A stretch of DNA of 32,000 bases from Candidatus Saccharimonadota bacterium (GCA_049942775.1 CP188087.1:501872-533871), one strand, 5' to 3'; counted from the stretch's first letter, positions 9,023-19,738 are shown. Translations and numbers: made by a program. The notes: generated by a model not told the origin, from the letters alone.

Positions 9023-10468
9023 TTATTTTTGCAAATAATATAAAAATTTTATACAAGGAATTCTATGTTTACTTAACATTACCGAAGCTCTTACACCTAA
9101 GGTTAAATCTTTATCTTCATTATTTGAATTAACAATATGCAACTTAGTTTTATTAGTAACAATTAGTCTTAAGAAACCATGATGAGTTGGTTCAACTTCA
9201 TAAGAAAAAGAAATATTTTTTGGAGGATAACGGAACAAATCAGGAGCAAAGCTTGTCAATTTTAAATATGCAGGTTCTAGTATTTTTTGATTAGCATATG
9301 TAGATACCAATTGTCTAGTTTCTAAATCAGGAAGTAATTTTTTAAATTTTTTAAACAATTCTTCTCTAGTTTCATTTGGTACTAAATAATGACTAACTTT
9401 CAAATCTACATCTTGATAATCATTCATAAATCCAGGAACTAACGAGTTAGTACCTTTTAGATCTTCATATCTTTCATATAATTTTTGAGAATAATTTAAA
9501 TTATCCTTTGAAAAATTTAATGAACGAAGTCCTTTCCAACTGATTGCATTAGGATCCCCAAATGAAAAATTAGGCAAATAACCATCTTTTGTATTAAAAC
9601 TAGAATTCTTATCCAAAAAATAATTTTGAACACTTGTTAGATCTTCATCATTATGACATTTACCAAACGAATGATCAACAGGAAAATCATCAGTTAATTT
9701 AGTTTCATGATCATCGTTTTTATTTATTCTTCCTCGATGATTTTTATTTACATAATCTTGAATTTCTTCTATTGAAACATGATCTTTTAAGAAAACATCA
9801 TATTTTGTATGAAAACTAAATTTATCTTCTTCTTTTTTGTCTTTGATAAGAGAATCTTTATTATTTTCAATTTGTACTTTTTGGTTTTTATTATCGGAAA
9901 TTTCTTGTTTCTTAACAGGAGGATTGTTATGTGATAACACATCAAAATTAGCATGAAAAACTGGTTTGTCAATATTTTTTAAAGAATTATTATTGTTATC
10001 TACAATAGTTGCATCATTTTTATTAATTTCATTACTATCATTAGTATTTGTTTTATCTGTATTTTGTAAATCTAAATTTTCTAAAACGTCATTATTTTTA
10101 ATAAAGTCAGTGTTAATAATATTATCAAAAATATTTTCTAAACCTTGTTTCATAATATCTTTAGAAAAAAAAGAATTAAAATGAACTAAAAAATTTTCTA
10201 AATTTAGAGTAACATCGTTAGAATTAATATTTTCATTTTGTACATCTTTTTTTGAATTTGGTTTGGAATAAATTAATGAATTGTCAGAAGGAATGAAATT
10301 ATCATCTATAATAACTGAAGAATTAGTTTTTTGTTCTAAATTATCAACTTTATTATTTTCTTTTCTTATTAATCTGTCTTTATCTATAGTTGTAGAAGAA
10401 AAATTACGAAAATCGTTTGTATTATTTATTAGTCTTCTTATATTATCATTTGATAGAATTGATGACAT
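9023..10468 (-). CDS. hypothetical protein, Asn/Asp/Lys-rich, no recognisable family
   Basis: This 481-aa frame is by far the longest open frame in the region. The N-terminal two thirds or so is low-complexity N/D/K/S-rich. The last 200 aa or so have a normal composition with aromatic and Pro/Gly residues (GYLPNFSFGDPNAISWKGLRSLNF ... FRYPPKNISFSYEVEPTHHGFLRLIV). I see no TM segment, signal peptide or known motif. Confidence 0.6.
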   Translation of the reverse strand: MSSILSNDNIRRLINNTNDFRNFSSTTIDKDRLIRKENNKVDNLEQKTNSSVIIDDNFIPSDNSLIYSKPNSKKDVQNENINSNDVTLNLENFLVHFNSFFSKDIMKQGLENIFDNIINTDFIKNNDVLENLDLQNTDKTNTNDSNEINKNDATIVDNNNNSLKNIDKPVFHANFDVLSHNNPPVKKQEISDNKNQKVQIENNKDSLIKDKKEEDKFSFHTKYDVFLKDHVSIEEIQDYVNKNHRGRINKNDDHETKLTDDFPVDHSFGKCHNDEDLTSVQNYFLDKNSSFNTKDGYLPNFSFGDPNAISWKGLRSLNFSKDNLNYSQKLYERYEDLKGTNSLVPGFMNDYQDVDLKVSHYLVPNETREELFKKFKKLLPDLETRQLVSTYANQKILEPAYLKLTSFAPDLFRYPPKNISFSYEVEPTHHGFLRLIVTNKTKLHIVNSNNEDKDLTLGVRASVMLSKHRIPCIKFLYYLQK

Positions 10469-11002
10469 ATCTATTACTAATCCTATTTTTATAAATCTAC
10501 ATAATCTCTCTTTTACTTTAATTTACTTATTTAGTCAAGATCATAAAAGGAATATTAATTATAGTATTTTTATATATAGAACCTTTTTTTAAAACTTATT
10601 CATCTTATTCATAATAACAAAAAAAAATTATAAAGAAAAAATTTAAGTAAATAATGAAATATTTAAAAATTTGTTTCTTTAATGTTTAGTTCTTTTGTAA
10701 TTAAAAAAAATATTTTTAAAGAAATAAATAATTTAAAATTTAAAATTGTCAATTTTCTAAAAAATAGAACTAATCAATAGCTAATATTAAAAAGTAAAAA
10801 ATTACTACTAATTTTTTTTAAAATTTTATAAATTAATTTCGAAATTTTTTCTAAGTTTAATAAAAAAAATAAAGATAAGATATCCAATATAAAAAAATAA
10901 AAGAACTCCTAGCTAATTTAAGAAATAATCAAAAAAAATACAATAAAACCAAAACAAACTACCCCTTAAATAATAAAAATCGAACAAAAAAATAATAAAT
11001 AA

Positions 11003-11026
11003 CTAAAACTAAAACTAAAACTAAAA
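11003..11026. repeat. Hexanucleotide microsatellite (CTAAAA)x4
   Basis: Read directly, inside the 1.5-kb ORF-free spacer. Confidence 0.9.
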
Positions 11027-11952
11027 TAATCACTTGTTAAACTATTGATTGGTAAAAAGAAAAAAAATAAATTCCAGTAAGATATATGTATTTGTAAGAA
11101 AACATGACCTAGTTTGATTTCAATAAAAACCTATTAATTGACATGAAAAAATCAACCCATTAAAGAACAAAAACCAAAAAAAGCAATTATCTTATTAAGA
11201 TAAGACGTTTGATTTTTTAAAATCAATAAATTTTTTTTTAAATTAATTTTTTGTAATTTAAATTATTTACAATAAAAAGTAGAAATGAAAATATTATAAA
11301 ATTGAAAAAAAAACATGATCAAAAAATTAATAATTTTCAACTTCTAAAAAATAAATAGATAAAATATTTTTTATTCTAAAAAATCATCTATAATTTTTTT
11401 ACTAATATATATATAATTCAAAAAAATATTTTTTTTAAAATTTATTTCTTCATTAAGATAAGTTAACATAATCTTAGTTATTCCATTTTCAGAAATATTT
11501 ATTAAGCTCTTAATAATAACTATCTATTTAAAAACGTTTATTATAGACAAATCTATCTAATATATAAAAATGTTAATAATAAAAATATAATTATCGAAAT
11601 ATTTCTAATAATGAAAAATTAGTAAATAATGAATTTAAATTGAAGAATTTTTGAAAAAATGAGTAAAATCGATTGTACCAGATACAGTCTTTTAAAAACA
11701 AGTAAACTAATTTTAAAAAAAAATATATTAAAAAAAGTAATTCAACTATTCTTTTGTTAATAAATTTTTACTATAGACGTAAATCTATTTTAAAAAAAAA
11801 ATGTTGTTTTTATAAAACTTAAAAAAAACTAAAATCAAATAAAATTCACTAAAAAAATAATTATAAATTTCTATTTAATATAAGTCTTTTGTAAAAAAGA
11901 AAATTATTTTTTTTATAAAATATAGTTATGCTAAAAGTATTTCTAAATTTTT

Positions 11953-12804
11953 CTACACATATATTAAACCATCATATACATGATTTGCTGGACCAGACAT
12001 AAAAAGAGAATGACCTAAACCTTTCCAAAAAACTTTTATTATTCCTCCTTTTAATATTACTGATACATTAAAATTTAGCAATCCTCTAAAAATTCCAACA
12101 GCTACTGCAGCACAAGCACCACTTCCGCATGCTTGAGTCTCTCCAACACCTCTTTCATAAACTCTTAACAAAATTCTATTTCTAGATAATATTTGAACGA
12201 ATCCAACATTTACTTTATTTGGAAACAAACTATGTCTTTCCAAAATAGGTCCAAGTTTTTTTATATTACATTCATCGATTTTTTTTACTATTAAAATACA
12301 ATGAGGATTTCCAATAGAAACAACATTAAAATAAATTTTTTTTCCTAATATTTTTACAGAATATATTTTTTTTTCTTTACTAACTAAAAATGGAACTTTT
12401 TTAGGAATAAAATTAGGTTTTCCCATATTTACTAATATTTCAAAATTATCTAAAATTTTACAAATCATTTTGATTTTTGAAGTCATAACGGAAACAATTC
12501 TTTTTTTTATTAATCCTTTTTTGTACAAAAAAAAACAAAAACAACGAACTCCATTACCACATTGTTCTACTTCTTCTCCACTAGAATTAAAAATTCGATA
12601 AAAAAAATCAATATTGTTTACTTTTGTTTGCTCTATTAGTAATAACTGATCAAAACCAACTCCATAATTTCGATTTGACAAATATGTTATTTCATTAATA
12701 GATAAGTTATATTTTTTTTTAGTCATATCTATAACCATAAAATCATTTCCCAATGATTCCATTTTTGAAAAATAAATTTTTTTTATTGATTTTTTTTTAT
12801 TCAT
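11953..12804 (-). CDS. dapF: diaminopimelate epimerase
   Basis: 283-aa ORF. FSKMESLGNDFMVID parallels E. coli FSKMHGLGNDFMVVD. Both catalytic Cys motifs are present (CGNGVRCF and ACGSGACAA). Confidence 0.93.
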   Translation of the reverse strand: MNKKKSIKKIYFSKMESLGNDFMVIDMTKKKYNLSINEITYLSNRNYGVGFDQLLLIEQTKVNNIDFFYRIFNSSGEEVEQCGNGVRCFCFFLYKKGLIKKRIVSVMTSKIKMICKILDNFEILVNMGKPNFIPKKVPFLVSKEKKIYSVKILGKKIYFNVVSIGNPHCILIVKKIDECNIKKLGPILERHSLFPNKVNVGFVQILSRNRILLRVYERGVGETQACGSGACAAVAVGIFRGLLNFNVSVILKGGIIKVFWKGLGHSLFMSGPANHVYDGLIYV

Positions 12805-12852
12805 TTAATATCCTAGTATAAAATGTTAATAAAAAAATAAAATATTAACTAT

Positions 12853-13197
12853 ATGAAAAAAAACGAAATGACTAATTCTACTTATATTTCTTTGGTAGAA
12901 GAATTACTATCCAAGTTAGAGAATGCATTAGATAATTGTAAAAATAGTGATATTGATTATCAATATAATAATGAAATATTTACGATAACTTTTAAAGATA
13001 AAAATCTTATTTTAATTAATAAACAATCATCAATTCAAGAAATTTGGCTTGCTACTGAAATTAACGGATATCATTTTCAATTTAATTCAATCAATCGCGA
13101 TTGGATATGCAAAAAAACTAAAAAAAATTTTTGGAGAATTATAGAAAAAATTTTTTTAGATAAATGCAACGACAACGTTTTTAAAGAAATCTATTAA
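12853..13197 (+). CDS. cyaY: iron-sulfur cluster assembly protein CyaY (frataxin homolog)
   Basis: 114-aa ORF. IWLATEINGYHFQF...DWICKKTKKNFWRIIEK aligns with E. coli CyaY VWLATKQGGYHFDL...EWICDRSGETFWDLLEQ. It is divergent from dapF, as in E. coli. Confidence 0.88.
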   Translation: MKKNEMTNSTYISLVEELLSKLENALDNCKNSDIDYQYNNEIFTITFKDKNLILINKQSSIQEIWLATEINGYHFQFNSINRDWICKKTKKNFWRIIEKIFLDKCNDNVFKEIY

Positions 13198-13383
13198 TTT
13201 AATACTAGTCATAACTAAATAAAAAATAAAAATTTCAAATAAATTCTCTAAAATAAAAAATTCAGAAATATAATATCAAAATTTACAAATATTAAATTTA
13301 AAAAATTTTTTCTTTAAAATAATTTAATTTAAAAATTAAAATTTTTACCAACAAAAAAATAACATTTTTATAAATGAATTTTT

Positions 13384-13457
13384 TCGGCGAAAGAGGATTT
13401 GAACCTCTGACCCACTGGTCCCAAACCAGTTGCGCTACCAAGCTGCGCTATTCGCCG
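13384..13457 (-). tRNA. tRNA-Pro (anticodon UGG)
   Basis: The reverse complement folds as CGGCGAA...ACTGG-TTTGGGA-CCAGT...AGAGG-TTCAAAT-CCTCT-TTCGCCG-A. Confidence 0.92.
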
Positions 13458-13521
13458 TTCAGTAAAATAATTAAAATATCTGTAAATCTAATAATAAAAA
13501 ACAAAAAAAACATTTTTTTTG

Positions 13522-13595
13522 GGTGACTAATGGGAATCGAACCCATGACCACTGGAACCACAATCCAGAGCTCTACCTACTGAGCTATAGTCACC
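13522..13595 (-). tRNA. tRNA-His (anticodon GUG)
   Basis: The reverse complement has the His-specific extra 5' G (G-1) paired to C73. Anticodon arm is CTGGA-TTGTGGT-TCCAG and T arm is ATGGG-TTCGATT-CCCAT. Confidence 0.92.
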
Positions 13596-13661
13596 ATCAT
13601 TTCTTTAAAAAATATTTTTTTTATTCTTTAGAATAAAAAAAACAACATATAAGATATTTTC

Positions 13662-13737
13662 TACACCCGACAGGATTCGAACCTGTGAAACCTATACTTT
13701 CGGAAAGTATTGCTCTATCCAACTGAGCTACGGGTGC
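13662..13737 (-). tRNA. tRNA-Arg (anticodon CCG)
   Basis: The reverse complement is GCACCCG-TA-GCTCAGTTGGATAGAGC-A-ATACT-TTCCGAA-AGTAT...ACAGG-TTCGAAT-CCTGT-CGGGTGT-A. It closely resembles E. coli argX. Position 1:72 is a G-U pair and the variable region appears to be 7 nt in my fold. Confidence 0.85.
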
Positions 13738-13894
13738 TTATTAAAAAATTTCCATTTTCTTATTTTTTGAATTAAAAATATTTAAATAATTTATATATAC
13801 TTTGTTTTCTGTAGAAATAAACATAAATTATTTAATTTAAAAAAAATTTTAACCATTTATTAAAATAAAATCAACTAATATATCGTTATATTTT

Positions 13895-15154
13895 CTAAGA
13901 TCTTTTCATCATATCAAAAAATTCACTATTTGTTTTAGTCATAGATAATTTATTAATCAAAAACTCCATAGCATCTATTTCTCCCATTGGGTGAATTATT
14001 TTTCTTAGAATCCACATTTTTTGTAATTCTTCAGGGATTGTTAATAATTCTTCTTTTCTAGTTCCAGACCTATTATAATCAATTGCTGGAAACACACGTT
14101 TCTCTGCAATTTTTCTAGATAAAGGTAATTCCATGTTCCCAGTACCTTTAAATTCTTCATATATTACTTCGTCCATTTTAGAACCAGTATCAATTAATGC
14201 AGTAGCAATGATAGTTAAACTACCTCCCTCTTCAACATTTCTTGCTGCTCCAAAAAAACGTTTAGGTCTATGCAATGCATTTGCATCTACACCTCCTGTT
14301 AATACTTTTCCTGAAGCTGGAACAACAGTATTATAAGCTCTCGCTAAACGAGTAATGGAATCTAATAAGATAATCACATCTTTTCTATGTTCTACCAGTC
14401 TTTTTGCTTTTTCTATAACCATTTCAGAAACTTGAACATGTCTAGATGCGGGTTCATCGAACGTTGAAGCAATTACTTCTCCTTTTACCAAACGTTGCAT
14501 TTCAGTCACTTCTTCTGGTCGCTCATCAATCAATAATACCATTAAAACACAGTCTGAGTGATTATAAGCTATACTTTGTGCGATATTTTGTAATAATATA
14601 GTTTTTCCTGCTTTTGGAGGAGCAACAATTAAGCCTCTTTGTCCTCTTCCTATAGGAGAAGCAAGATCTAAAACTCTTGCAGTAAGATCTTCCGTAGATC
14701 CGTTTCCACGTTCCATTCTTAAACGAGAGTTTGCATGTAAGGGAGTTAAATTTTCAAATAAAATTTTACTTCTTGCATTTTCAGGCTTATCGTAATTTAC
14801 AAAATTTACTTTTAATAATGCAAAATATCTTTCTCCTTCTTTGGGAGGCCTTATTTTACCTGATATAGTGTCTCCTGTTCGTAAATTAAACCTTCGTATT
14901 TGACTTGGAGAAACATAAATATCATCTGGTCCAGCCAAATAAGAACTATCTGAAGAACGTAAAAAACCAAATCCATCTTGTAATATTTCTAAAACACCAT
15001 TTCCAAAAATATCTGCTCCACTTTTTGCATGTTGTTTAAGAATAGAAAAAATAATATCTTGTTTTCTCATACGTGCTAAATTTTCTAATCCTATTTTTTC
15101 AGCTAAAGTAATTAACTCAGAAACTGTAGTATTTTTAAGCTCGGTAAGATTCAT
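13895..15154 (-). CDS. rho: transcription termination factor Rho
   Basis: 419-aa [22 protein letters not shown] is the canonical N-terminus. The RNA-binding FGFLR motif, Walker A APPKAGKT and the Q and R loops are conserved. Length is identical to E. coli Rho. Confidence 0.97.
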   Translation of the reverse strand: MNLTELKNTTVSELITLAEKIGLENLARMRKQDIIFSILKQHAKSGADIFGNGVLEILQDGFGFLRSSDSSYLAGPDDIYVSPSQIRRFNLRTGDTISGKIRPPKEGERYFALLKVNFVNYDKPENARSKILFENLTPLHANSRLRMERGNGSTEDLTARVLDLASPIGRGQRGLIVAPPKAGKTILLQNIAQSIAYNHSDCVLMVLLIDERPEEVTEMQRLVKGEVIASTFDEPASRHVQVSEMVIEKAKRLVEHRKDVIILLDSITRLARAYNTVVPASGKVLTGGVDANALHRPKRFFGAARNVEEGGSLTIIATALIDTGSKMDEVIYEEFKGTGNMELPLSRKIAEKRVFPAIDYNRSGTRKEELLTIPEELQKMWILRKIIHPMGEIDAMEFLINKLSMTKTNSEFFDMMKRS

Positions 15155-15247
15155 GATTGCGGATTTCTTAAATAAACTTGAAGTAAGTCGTGATATGTAA
15201 ATATATTTAATATTTTATTTTAATGTTTTTAATTATATCTTTTATAA

Positions 15248-15285
15248 TAAAAAAAATCCAGCGGTTTTTATTAAACAAAACCGCT
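15248..15285 (-). terminator. Candidate intrinsic terminator downstream of trxA
   Basis: On the minus strand, a 9-bp perfect stem (AGCGGTTTT/AAAACCGCT, 15260-15268 and 15277-15285) is followed after GGA by a T8 run (the complement of A 15249-15256). It lies 20 nt past the trxA stop, and its G/C pairs stand out in AT-rich spacer. Confidence 0.6.
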
Positions 15286-15305
15286 ATAATTCAATTTGTA
15301 TTAAT

Positions 15306-15647
15306 TTATTGTTTTAAATAATTTTCAATTAGTTCTTTTATTTTGAATTTAGATACTAAACCACTAATCCTATGCAATGTTAATTTATTACGAATAAACA
15401 ATAATGTTGGAATGCTTTTTATCTCGTGTTTTAAAGCAGATTTTTTATTTTCATCAATATTAACTTTTATTAAAAATAAATTATTGTTATCAACGTATTC
15501 ATTAGCAATACTATCTAAGATAGGAGCTAATTGTTTACATGGAGCGCACCATTCCGCCCAAAAATCAATTACTAGTAATTGATTTTTGGAATCTATATAT
15601 CTATTTAATTCATTTTCATTTAAATTAATTAATTTTTTTTTTTTCAT
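15306..15647 (-). CDS. trxA: thioredoxin (active site WCAPC)
   Basis: 113-aa ORF with a thioredoxin fold pattern: VIDFWAEWCAPCK, then the cis-Pro motif IKSIPTLLF. It sits upstream of rho, as in E. coli. Confidence 0.9.
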   Translation of the reverse strand: MKKKKLINLNENELNRYIDSKNQLLVIDFWAEWCAPCKQLAPILDSIANEYVDNNNLFLIKVNIDENKKSALKHEIKSIPTLLFIRNKLTLHRISGLVSKFKIKELIENYLKQ

Positions 15648-15982
15648 TAATTTATGTTTCCTACTTTAAAAAATAAATGTTCAACTAACTTTTAAAATAC
15701 AAAAATAACTATTTTTATTATAAATTTAAAAAATTTTTTAATATTTAATGGAAAAATAAAACTTGTAAAATTATTTTAAATTTTAAAATTTAAAATTTTT
15801 GTAAAAATTTTTTAGTATATTAAAAACAAATTTTCTAAAAAATTTTCTATATTATGTTAAATAAAATTTTTAAAATTTAATAACTATTAACAATCATTAT
15901 TGATAATCTAAGACGGATTTTAAAAACAATAGTTTTAAGATTGAATTTTCAATATTAAAATTAATAACAAGATAAAAATCTT

Positions 15983-16000
15983 AAAAAAAAAAAAAAAAAA
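15983..16000. repeat. Poly(A) homopolymer, 18 nt
   Basis: Counted directly, in the trxA-ilvC spacer. Confidence 0.95.
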
Positions 16001-16073
16001 TATAGAAATATTTTTTTAATTTACAAAATCTCACTTTTAATTTTTTTTATTAAAATAAGAGTAAATTAAAAAT

Positions 16074-17552
16074 TTATTTTTCTTCTTCATAGATGGATTT
16101 CATTTTAATCATGTGTTTTCTTAATTTTTTTCCTATAATTTCAATTGGATGTTTAGATATTTCATTATTTATTTTATGTAATTCAAAATTACTAATTTTT
16201 GTATTTAAAACACTATTTCCTAAATCTCCATATTTTAATTCTTTTATAAATTCCTTTAAAATTGGAATTGCTTTTTCACTAAAAAGATAATTTCCATATT
16301 CTGCAGTGTCGGATATAACTAAATTCATTTCATATAATCTTTTTCTTGCTATTGTGTTTGCAATTAATGGCAGTTCGTGTAAAGATTCATAATAAGCTGA
16401 TTCCGAAAGAATTCCTGTTTCTACCATTATTTCAAAAGATAATTCTACACCTGCTTTGATAAGCGCTATCATAAACGTACAATTTTCAAAGTAGTCTGAT
16501 TCTATTATAGTACCTCGATAAGATTTAGCATTTTCAAAATTAGAATTTTTTGTTTCTTTTCTTTTAGAAATTAAATATTTATCTTGCTTATTCCAATCAT
16601 TTATCATTTTTTTAGAAAAATGGCCTTCAATTATTTCATCCATATGTTTTCTGAATAAAGGCAATAAAATTTTTTTTAGTTTTTTAGATAATTGACAAAC
16701 TCTAATTTTTGAAGAATTAGTTATTCGATCTAGCATTAAAGTAATACCACCAAACTTTAAAGATTCTGTAATAGCTTGCCATCCATATTGAACTAATTGA
16801 CATGCATAAGCAGGATCATTCCCTTGTTTTACTAAATAATCAAAACATATCAAACTACCTGATTGTAACATTCCACATAAAATCGTTTGCTCTCCCATTA
16901 AATCTGATTTAACTTCAGCTGAAAAAGAAGAAAGTAAAACTCCAGCTCTATGACTTCCTAAAGCATAAGCCCATGATTTTGCTATTTTTTCTCCATTTTT
17001 TTTAATATCATTTTCATTATGTATAGCTATTAATGTTGGAACTCCAAAACCTCTTTTATATTCTTTTCTTACTTCTGTTCCAGGACATTTTGGAGCAACC
17101 ATAATAACAGTAATATCTGAACGAATCTTTTCTCCCATTTCAACTATATTAAATCCATGAGAATAACCTAAACATGATTCATGTTTCATTAATCCTTGTA
17201 TATCTTTAATGACATTTGAATGTTGTTTATCTGGAGTTAAATTAATAACTAAATCAGCATTTGGTATTAAATTTTGATAAATATCTACGAGAAAACCAAA
17301 TTTTGTAGCTTGTTTCCAAGAATTATTTTTTTTTTTAATTGATTCTTTTCTCAGTGCAAAAGAAACATCCAATCCAGAATCTCTTAAATTCAATCCTTGA
17401 TTTAATCCTTGCGAACCAGCTCCTATAATAACAATTTTTTTTCCCTTCAAATAATTACAACCATCTAAAAATTCTTTCTTTTTAATAAAACGACATTTTT
17501 GTAATTCTATTAATTTTTCCCTAAAATTTAAAGTATTAAAATAATTTTTCAT
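16074..17552 (-). CDS. ilvC: ketol-acid reductoisomerase
   Basis: 492-aa [22 protein letters not shown] parallels E. coli [22 protein letters not shown]. The Rossmann motif [17 protein letters not shown] is present. It is the long class II form, as in enterobacteria. Confidence 0.95.
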   Translation of the reverse strand: MKNYFNTLNFREKLIELQKCRFIKKKEFLDGCNYLKGKKIVIIGAGSQGLNQGLNLRDSGLDVSFALRKESIKKKNNSWKQATKFGFLVDIYQNLIPNADLVINLTPDKQHSNVIKDIQGLMKHESCLGYSHGFNIVEMGEKIRSDITVIMVAPKCPGTEVRKEYKRGFGVPTLIAIHNENDIKKNGEKIAKSWAYALGSHRAGVLLSSFSAEVKSDLMGEQTILCGMLQSGSLICFDYLVKQGNDPAYACQLVQYGWQAITESLKFGGITLMLDRITNSSKIRVCQLSKKLKKILLPLFRKHMDEIIEGHFSKKMINDWNKQDKYLISKRKETKNSNFENAKSYRGTIIESDYFENCTFMIALIKAGVELSFEIMVETGILSESAYYESLHELPLIANTIARKRLYEMNLVISDTAEYGNYLFSEKAIPILKEFIKELKYGDLGNSVLNTKISNFELHKINNEISKHPIEIIGKKLRKHMIKMKSIYEEEK

Positions 17553-17608
17553 AATTTTCTCAAAGTTATATTTAAAATATATAAATTTATAAAATAATTA
17601 AATGTTAA

Positions 17609-19474
17609 TTAACTAAAATTATTTTTCATCAGAAATTTATTTAATTTATTGATATCTCTTATAGCTCCTTTATCAGCGCTAGTAACTAACAAGGAATAAA
17701 TTTTTAAAGAGCTAGAAATTGTTCTTTTTTTTCTATTTGGAAGATATGAATTTTGTTTTTTAGAATTTTCATATTTTTTTCTATTTGAAAGCTCTAATTC
17801 CGAAATCTCTAAATTTATAGTTCTATTTGGAACATCAATTTTGATTACGTCACCATTTTTTATTAAAGCAATTTCTCCACCGTTAGCAGCTTCTGGTGAT
17901 ACATGCCCGATAGATATTCCAGATGTTCCTCCTGAAAATCTTCCATCAGTAATTAAAGCACAATTTCTGTCTAGCTTCATAGATTTTAAATATGTAGTAG
18001 GATATAACATTTCTTGCATTCCCGGACCACCTTTCGGTCCTTCATATCGTATAACTATAACATCTCCAAATCTAATTTTATGATTTAATATATCGTAAAC
18101 AGCATCTTCCTGAGAATCGTATACTTTAGCTTTTCCTAAAAATACATAATTTTTTTTTTCTATTGCTGCTGTTTTTACAATACAACCATTTTTTGCTATA
18201 TTTCCGAATAAAATAGCTAAACCACCTTCTTTGCTATATGAATTTTTAACAGAACGTATACAACCTCTTTTAGAATCATTATCTAACGATTTCCATTTAG
18301 AATTTTGAGAAAACGGAACTATAGTTCTATAACCTCCTGGTCCTGATAAAAACATATTAATTACATTTTTATTCTTTGTATTAGAAATATCATATATTTT
18401 AAGAGTTTCCTTCAAAGTCATACCTAAAATATTTTTAACAGAAGTATCAATTAACTTTTCTTTATTTAATTCACCTAAAATACGCATAACTCCACCAGCT
18501 CTATGCATGTCTTCCATGTGAAATTTATTACTACTAGGAGCAATTTTACAAATGTGTGGAATCTTTTTAGATAATTCATCTATATCAGAAAGATTAAAAT
18601 TTATTTTTCCTTCTTTTGCAGCAGCTAATAAATGTAAAATAGTATTAGTAGATCCTCCCATTGCAATATCAAGTTTCATTGCATTTTTAAACGAAGATTC
18701 ACAAGCTATATTTCTAGGTAAAACATCTGGATTATTTTCTTCATACCAAGATTTAGCTATTTGAACAATAATTTGACCTGCTTGTAAGAATAATTTTTTT
18801 CTATCCTTGTGTGTGGCTAATAATGTTCCATTTCCAGGCAAAGATAATCCCATTGCTTCAGTTAAACAGTTCATCGAATTAGCAGTGAATAATCCTGAAC
18901 AAGATCCACAAGTAGGACATGCAGAACTTTCTATTTGAGAAATTTCATTATTATTTACATTTTTTACACTTATTTCAATTGCATCAACTAAATTAATTTT
19001 TTTATTTTTGTTTTCTTGTATTCCAGCTTCCATTGGACCACCAGAAACAAATATAGTTGGAATATTTAATCGTAATGATGCCATTAACATTCCAGGAGTA
19101 ATTTTATCACAATTTGATATACAAACCATAGCATCTGCACAATGTGCATTAATCATATACTCTACTGAATCTGCAATTAGTTCTCTAGATGGTAATGAAT
19201 ACATCATTCCGGAATGTCCCATAGCAATTCCATCATCAATAGCTATTGTATTAAATTCTTTAGCAACACCTCCACAAATTTTTATTTCGTTCGATACCAA
19301 TGATCCTAATTGTTTTAAGTGAATGTGACCAGGTACAAATTCAGTGAAAGAATTTACAACAGCTATAATTGGTTTTTCAAAATCTGAATCTTTCATCCCT
19401 GTAGCTTTCCATAATGCTCTTGCACCAGTCATATTTTTTCCATGCGTGGTAGTAAAAGATCTATATCTTGGCAT
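17609..19474 (-). CDS. ilvD: dihydroxy-acid dehydratase
   Basis: 621-aa [29 protein letters not shown] matches the IlvD N-terminus. The cluster ligand regions ([19 protein letters not shown]) and the C-terminal GRFSGGTSG motif are present. Confidence 0.96.
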   Translation of the reverse strand: MPRYRSFTTTHGKNMTGARALWKATGMKDSDFEKPIIAVVNSFTEFVPGHIHLKQLGSLVSNEIKICGGVAKEFNTIAIDDGIAMGHSGMMYSLPSRELIADSVEYMINAHCADAMVCISNCDKITPGMLMASLRLNIPTIFVSGGPMEAGIQENKNKKINLVDAIEISVKNVNNNEISQIESSACPTCGSCSGLFTANSMNCLTEAMGLSLPGNGTLLATHKDRKKLFLQAGQIIVQIAKSWYEENNPDVLPRNIACESSFKNAMKLDIAMGGSTNTILHLLAAAKEGKINFNLSDIDELSKKIPHICKIAPSSNKFHMEDMHRAGGVMRILGELNKEKLIDTSVKNILGMTLKETLKIYDISNTKNKNVINMFLSGPGGYRTIVPFSQNSKWKSLDNDSKRGCIRSVKNSYSKEGGLAILFGNIAKNGCIVKTAAIEKKNYVFLGKAKVYDSQEDAVYDILNHKIRFGDVIVIRYEGPKGGPGMQEMLYPTTYLKSMKLDRNCALITDGRFSGGTSGISIGHVSPEAANGGEIALIKNGDVIKIDVPNRTINLEISELELSNRKKYENSKKQNSYLPNRKKRTISSSLKIYSLLVTSADKGAIRDINKLNKFLMKNNFS

Positions 19475-19665
19475 TTTCCCTCATTATTATTTTTCAGAAA
19501 AGAAAGGATATAACAATTAATTTAAGGATATAAAAATTGTTTGATTTAAGAATTGTAAAAAAAAAATTGATTTTTTAGCAAGAAGCTAAGAAGCAAAAAA
19601 TAAAAAGTAAGATATATTTTTTATTTTTTTTTGTTTTATTGTAAGAGCTACAAACAAAACTATTT

Positions 19666-19738
19666 CAGGGGTAGAGGGAATTGAACCCACAACCTTCGGT
19701 TTTGGAGACCGAAACTCTTCCTATTGAGCTATACCCCT
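19666..19738 (-). tRNA. tRNA-Trp (anticodon CCA)
   Basis: The reverse complement is AGGGGTA-TA-GCTCAATAGGAAGAGT-T-TCGGT-CTCCAAA-ACCGA-AGGTT-GTGGG-TTCAATT-CCCTC-TACCCCT-G. The AGGGG 5' end and G73 match E. coli tRNA-Trp. There is one T-T mismatch in the T stem. Confidence 0.88.

Noticed and set aside
8947-9132. Plus-strand ORFs in AT-rich spacers or overlapping gene ends: 8947-9132, 10281-10592, 31246-31446, 31439-31753.
   Set aside because: Their translations are Ile/Leu/Phe/Tyr/Lys-rich, as expected from random AT-rich DNA. They overlap better-supported minus-strand genes (the orphan ORF and the yfgM halves) or the DnaA-box region, and none has a motif or RBS.
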